From assembly GCA_964016885.1 (NCBI GenBank), contig OZ024740.1:3968001-4032000 (forward strand): a stretch of 64,000 bases of DNA. The letters run 5' to 3'. Below the pieces are notes generated by a model that saw only the letters and a list, made by a program, of their open reading frames with translations, was not told the DNA's origin and searched no databases. Below are positions 62,330 through 64,000 of the stretch, piece by piece. The DNA comes from Eledone cirrhosa (Eukaryota). Within the stretch, counting starts at the first letter, position 1, and every line of letters starts with the position of its first letter. The translations under genes were made by a program, and so were the position numbers.

Positions 62330-64000
62330 TACCACCACTATATATACACTACCACCACTATATATACACTACCACCACTATATATACACTACCACCACTA
62401 TATATATACACCACCACTATATATACACTACCACCACTATATACACACTACCACCACTATATATACACTACCACCACTATATACACTACCAGCACTATAT
62501 ACACTACCACCACTATATATACACTACCACCACTATATACACACTACCACCACTATATATACACTACCACCACTATATATATACTACCACCACTATATAT
62601 ACACTACCACCACTATATATACACTACCACCACTATATATATACACCACCACTATATATACACTACCACCACTATATACACACTACCACCACTATATACA
62701 CTACCACCACTATATATACAGTACCACCACTATATACACTACCAGCACTATATACACTACCACCACTATATATACACTACCACCACTATATATACACTAC
62801 CACCACTATATACACTACCAGCACTATATACACTACCACCACTATATACACACTACCACCACTATATACACTACCACCACTATATATACTACCACCACTA
62901 TATATACACTACCACCACTATATATACACTACCACCACTATATACACACTACCACCACTATATACACTACCACCACTATATATACACTACCACCACTATA
63001 TACACTACCAGCACTATATACACTACCACCACTATATATACACTACCACCACTATATATACACTACCACCACTATATATACACTACCACCACTATATATA
63101 CACTACCACCACTATATATACACTACCACCACTATATACACTACCACCACTATATACACTACCACTACTATATACACACTACCACCACTATATATACACT
63201 ACCACACTATATACACACTACCACCACTATATACACACTACCACCACTATATATACACTACCACCACTATATATACACTACCACCACTATATATACACTA
63301 CCACCACTATATATACACTACCACCACTATATATAAACTACCACCACTATATACACTACCACCACTATATATACACTACCACCACTATATATACACTACC
63401 ACTACTATATACACACTACCACCACTATATACACACTACCACCACTATATATAAACTACCACCACTATATATAAACTACCACCACTATATATACACTACC
63501 ACCACTATATACACTACCACCACTATATACACACTACCACCACTATATACACACTACCACCACTATATATAAACTACCACCACTATATATACACTAGCAC
63601 CACTATATACACACTACCACCACTATATACACACTACCACCACTATATATATACTACCACCACTATATACACACTACCACCACTATATATAAACTACCAC
63701 CACTATATATACACTACCACCACTATATATACACTACCACCACTATATATACACTACCACCACTATATACACTACCACTACTATATACACACTACCAGCA
63801 CTATATACACTACCACCACTATATATACACTACCACCACTATATATACACTACCCCCACTATATATATACACTACCACCACTATATATACACTACCACCA
63901 CTATATATATACTACTACCACTATATACACACTACCACCACTATATACACACTACCACCACTATATATACACTACCACCACTATATATACACTACCACCA
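62330..64000. repeat. ~20-bp minisatellite (accaccactatatatacact)n, running off the window end
   Basis: Directly visible; unit length varies (~18-22 bp) mainly through the number of TA steps. Confidence 0.97.

Noticed and set aside
62330-64000. Telomeric repeat
   Set aside because: No TTAGGG/CCCTAA units; it is a variable ~20-bp minisatellite.

Overview
Repeat-dominated eukaryotic (animal) genomic DNA. The SINE/MITE/microsatellite repertoire resembles octopus (coleoid cephalopod); this is recalled similarity, not a database result. I found no recognisable host gene, rRNA, tRNA or CRISPR array. Main content: (i) three satellites: a 61-bp array (~12.6-14.05 kb), a 43-bp array (~15.06-27.1 kb) and a 26/22-bp array (~28.8-60.87 kb), the last two with multi-kb internal duplications; (ii) a 5'-truncated CR1-type LINE (~5.1-6.65 kb, minus) with one nonsense mutation; (iii) four same-orientation, 5'-truncated Tx1-clade LINE copies (8.34-12.63 kb, minus) whose junctions sit in (GATA)n; (iv) two TTAA-flanked piggyBac-like MITE copies, RTE relics, SINE relics and many microsatellites. 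Best leads: a Tx1 family that appears to home to (GATA)n/(TATC)n microsatellites and stack head-to-tail, and a 61-bp satellite traceable to a CATG-bounded piece of the CR1 ORF2 3' end, with a parental-type copy 7 kb away. Most long ORFs in the track are repeat artefacts.
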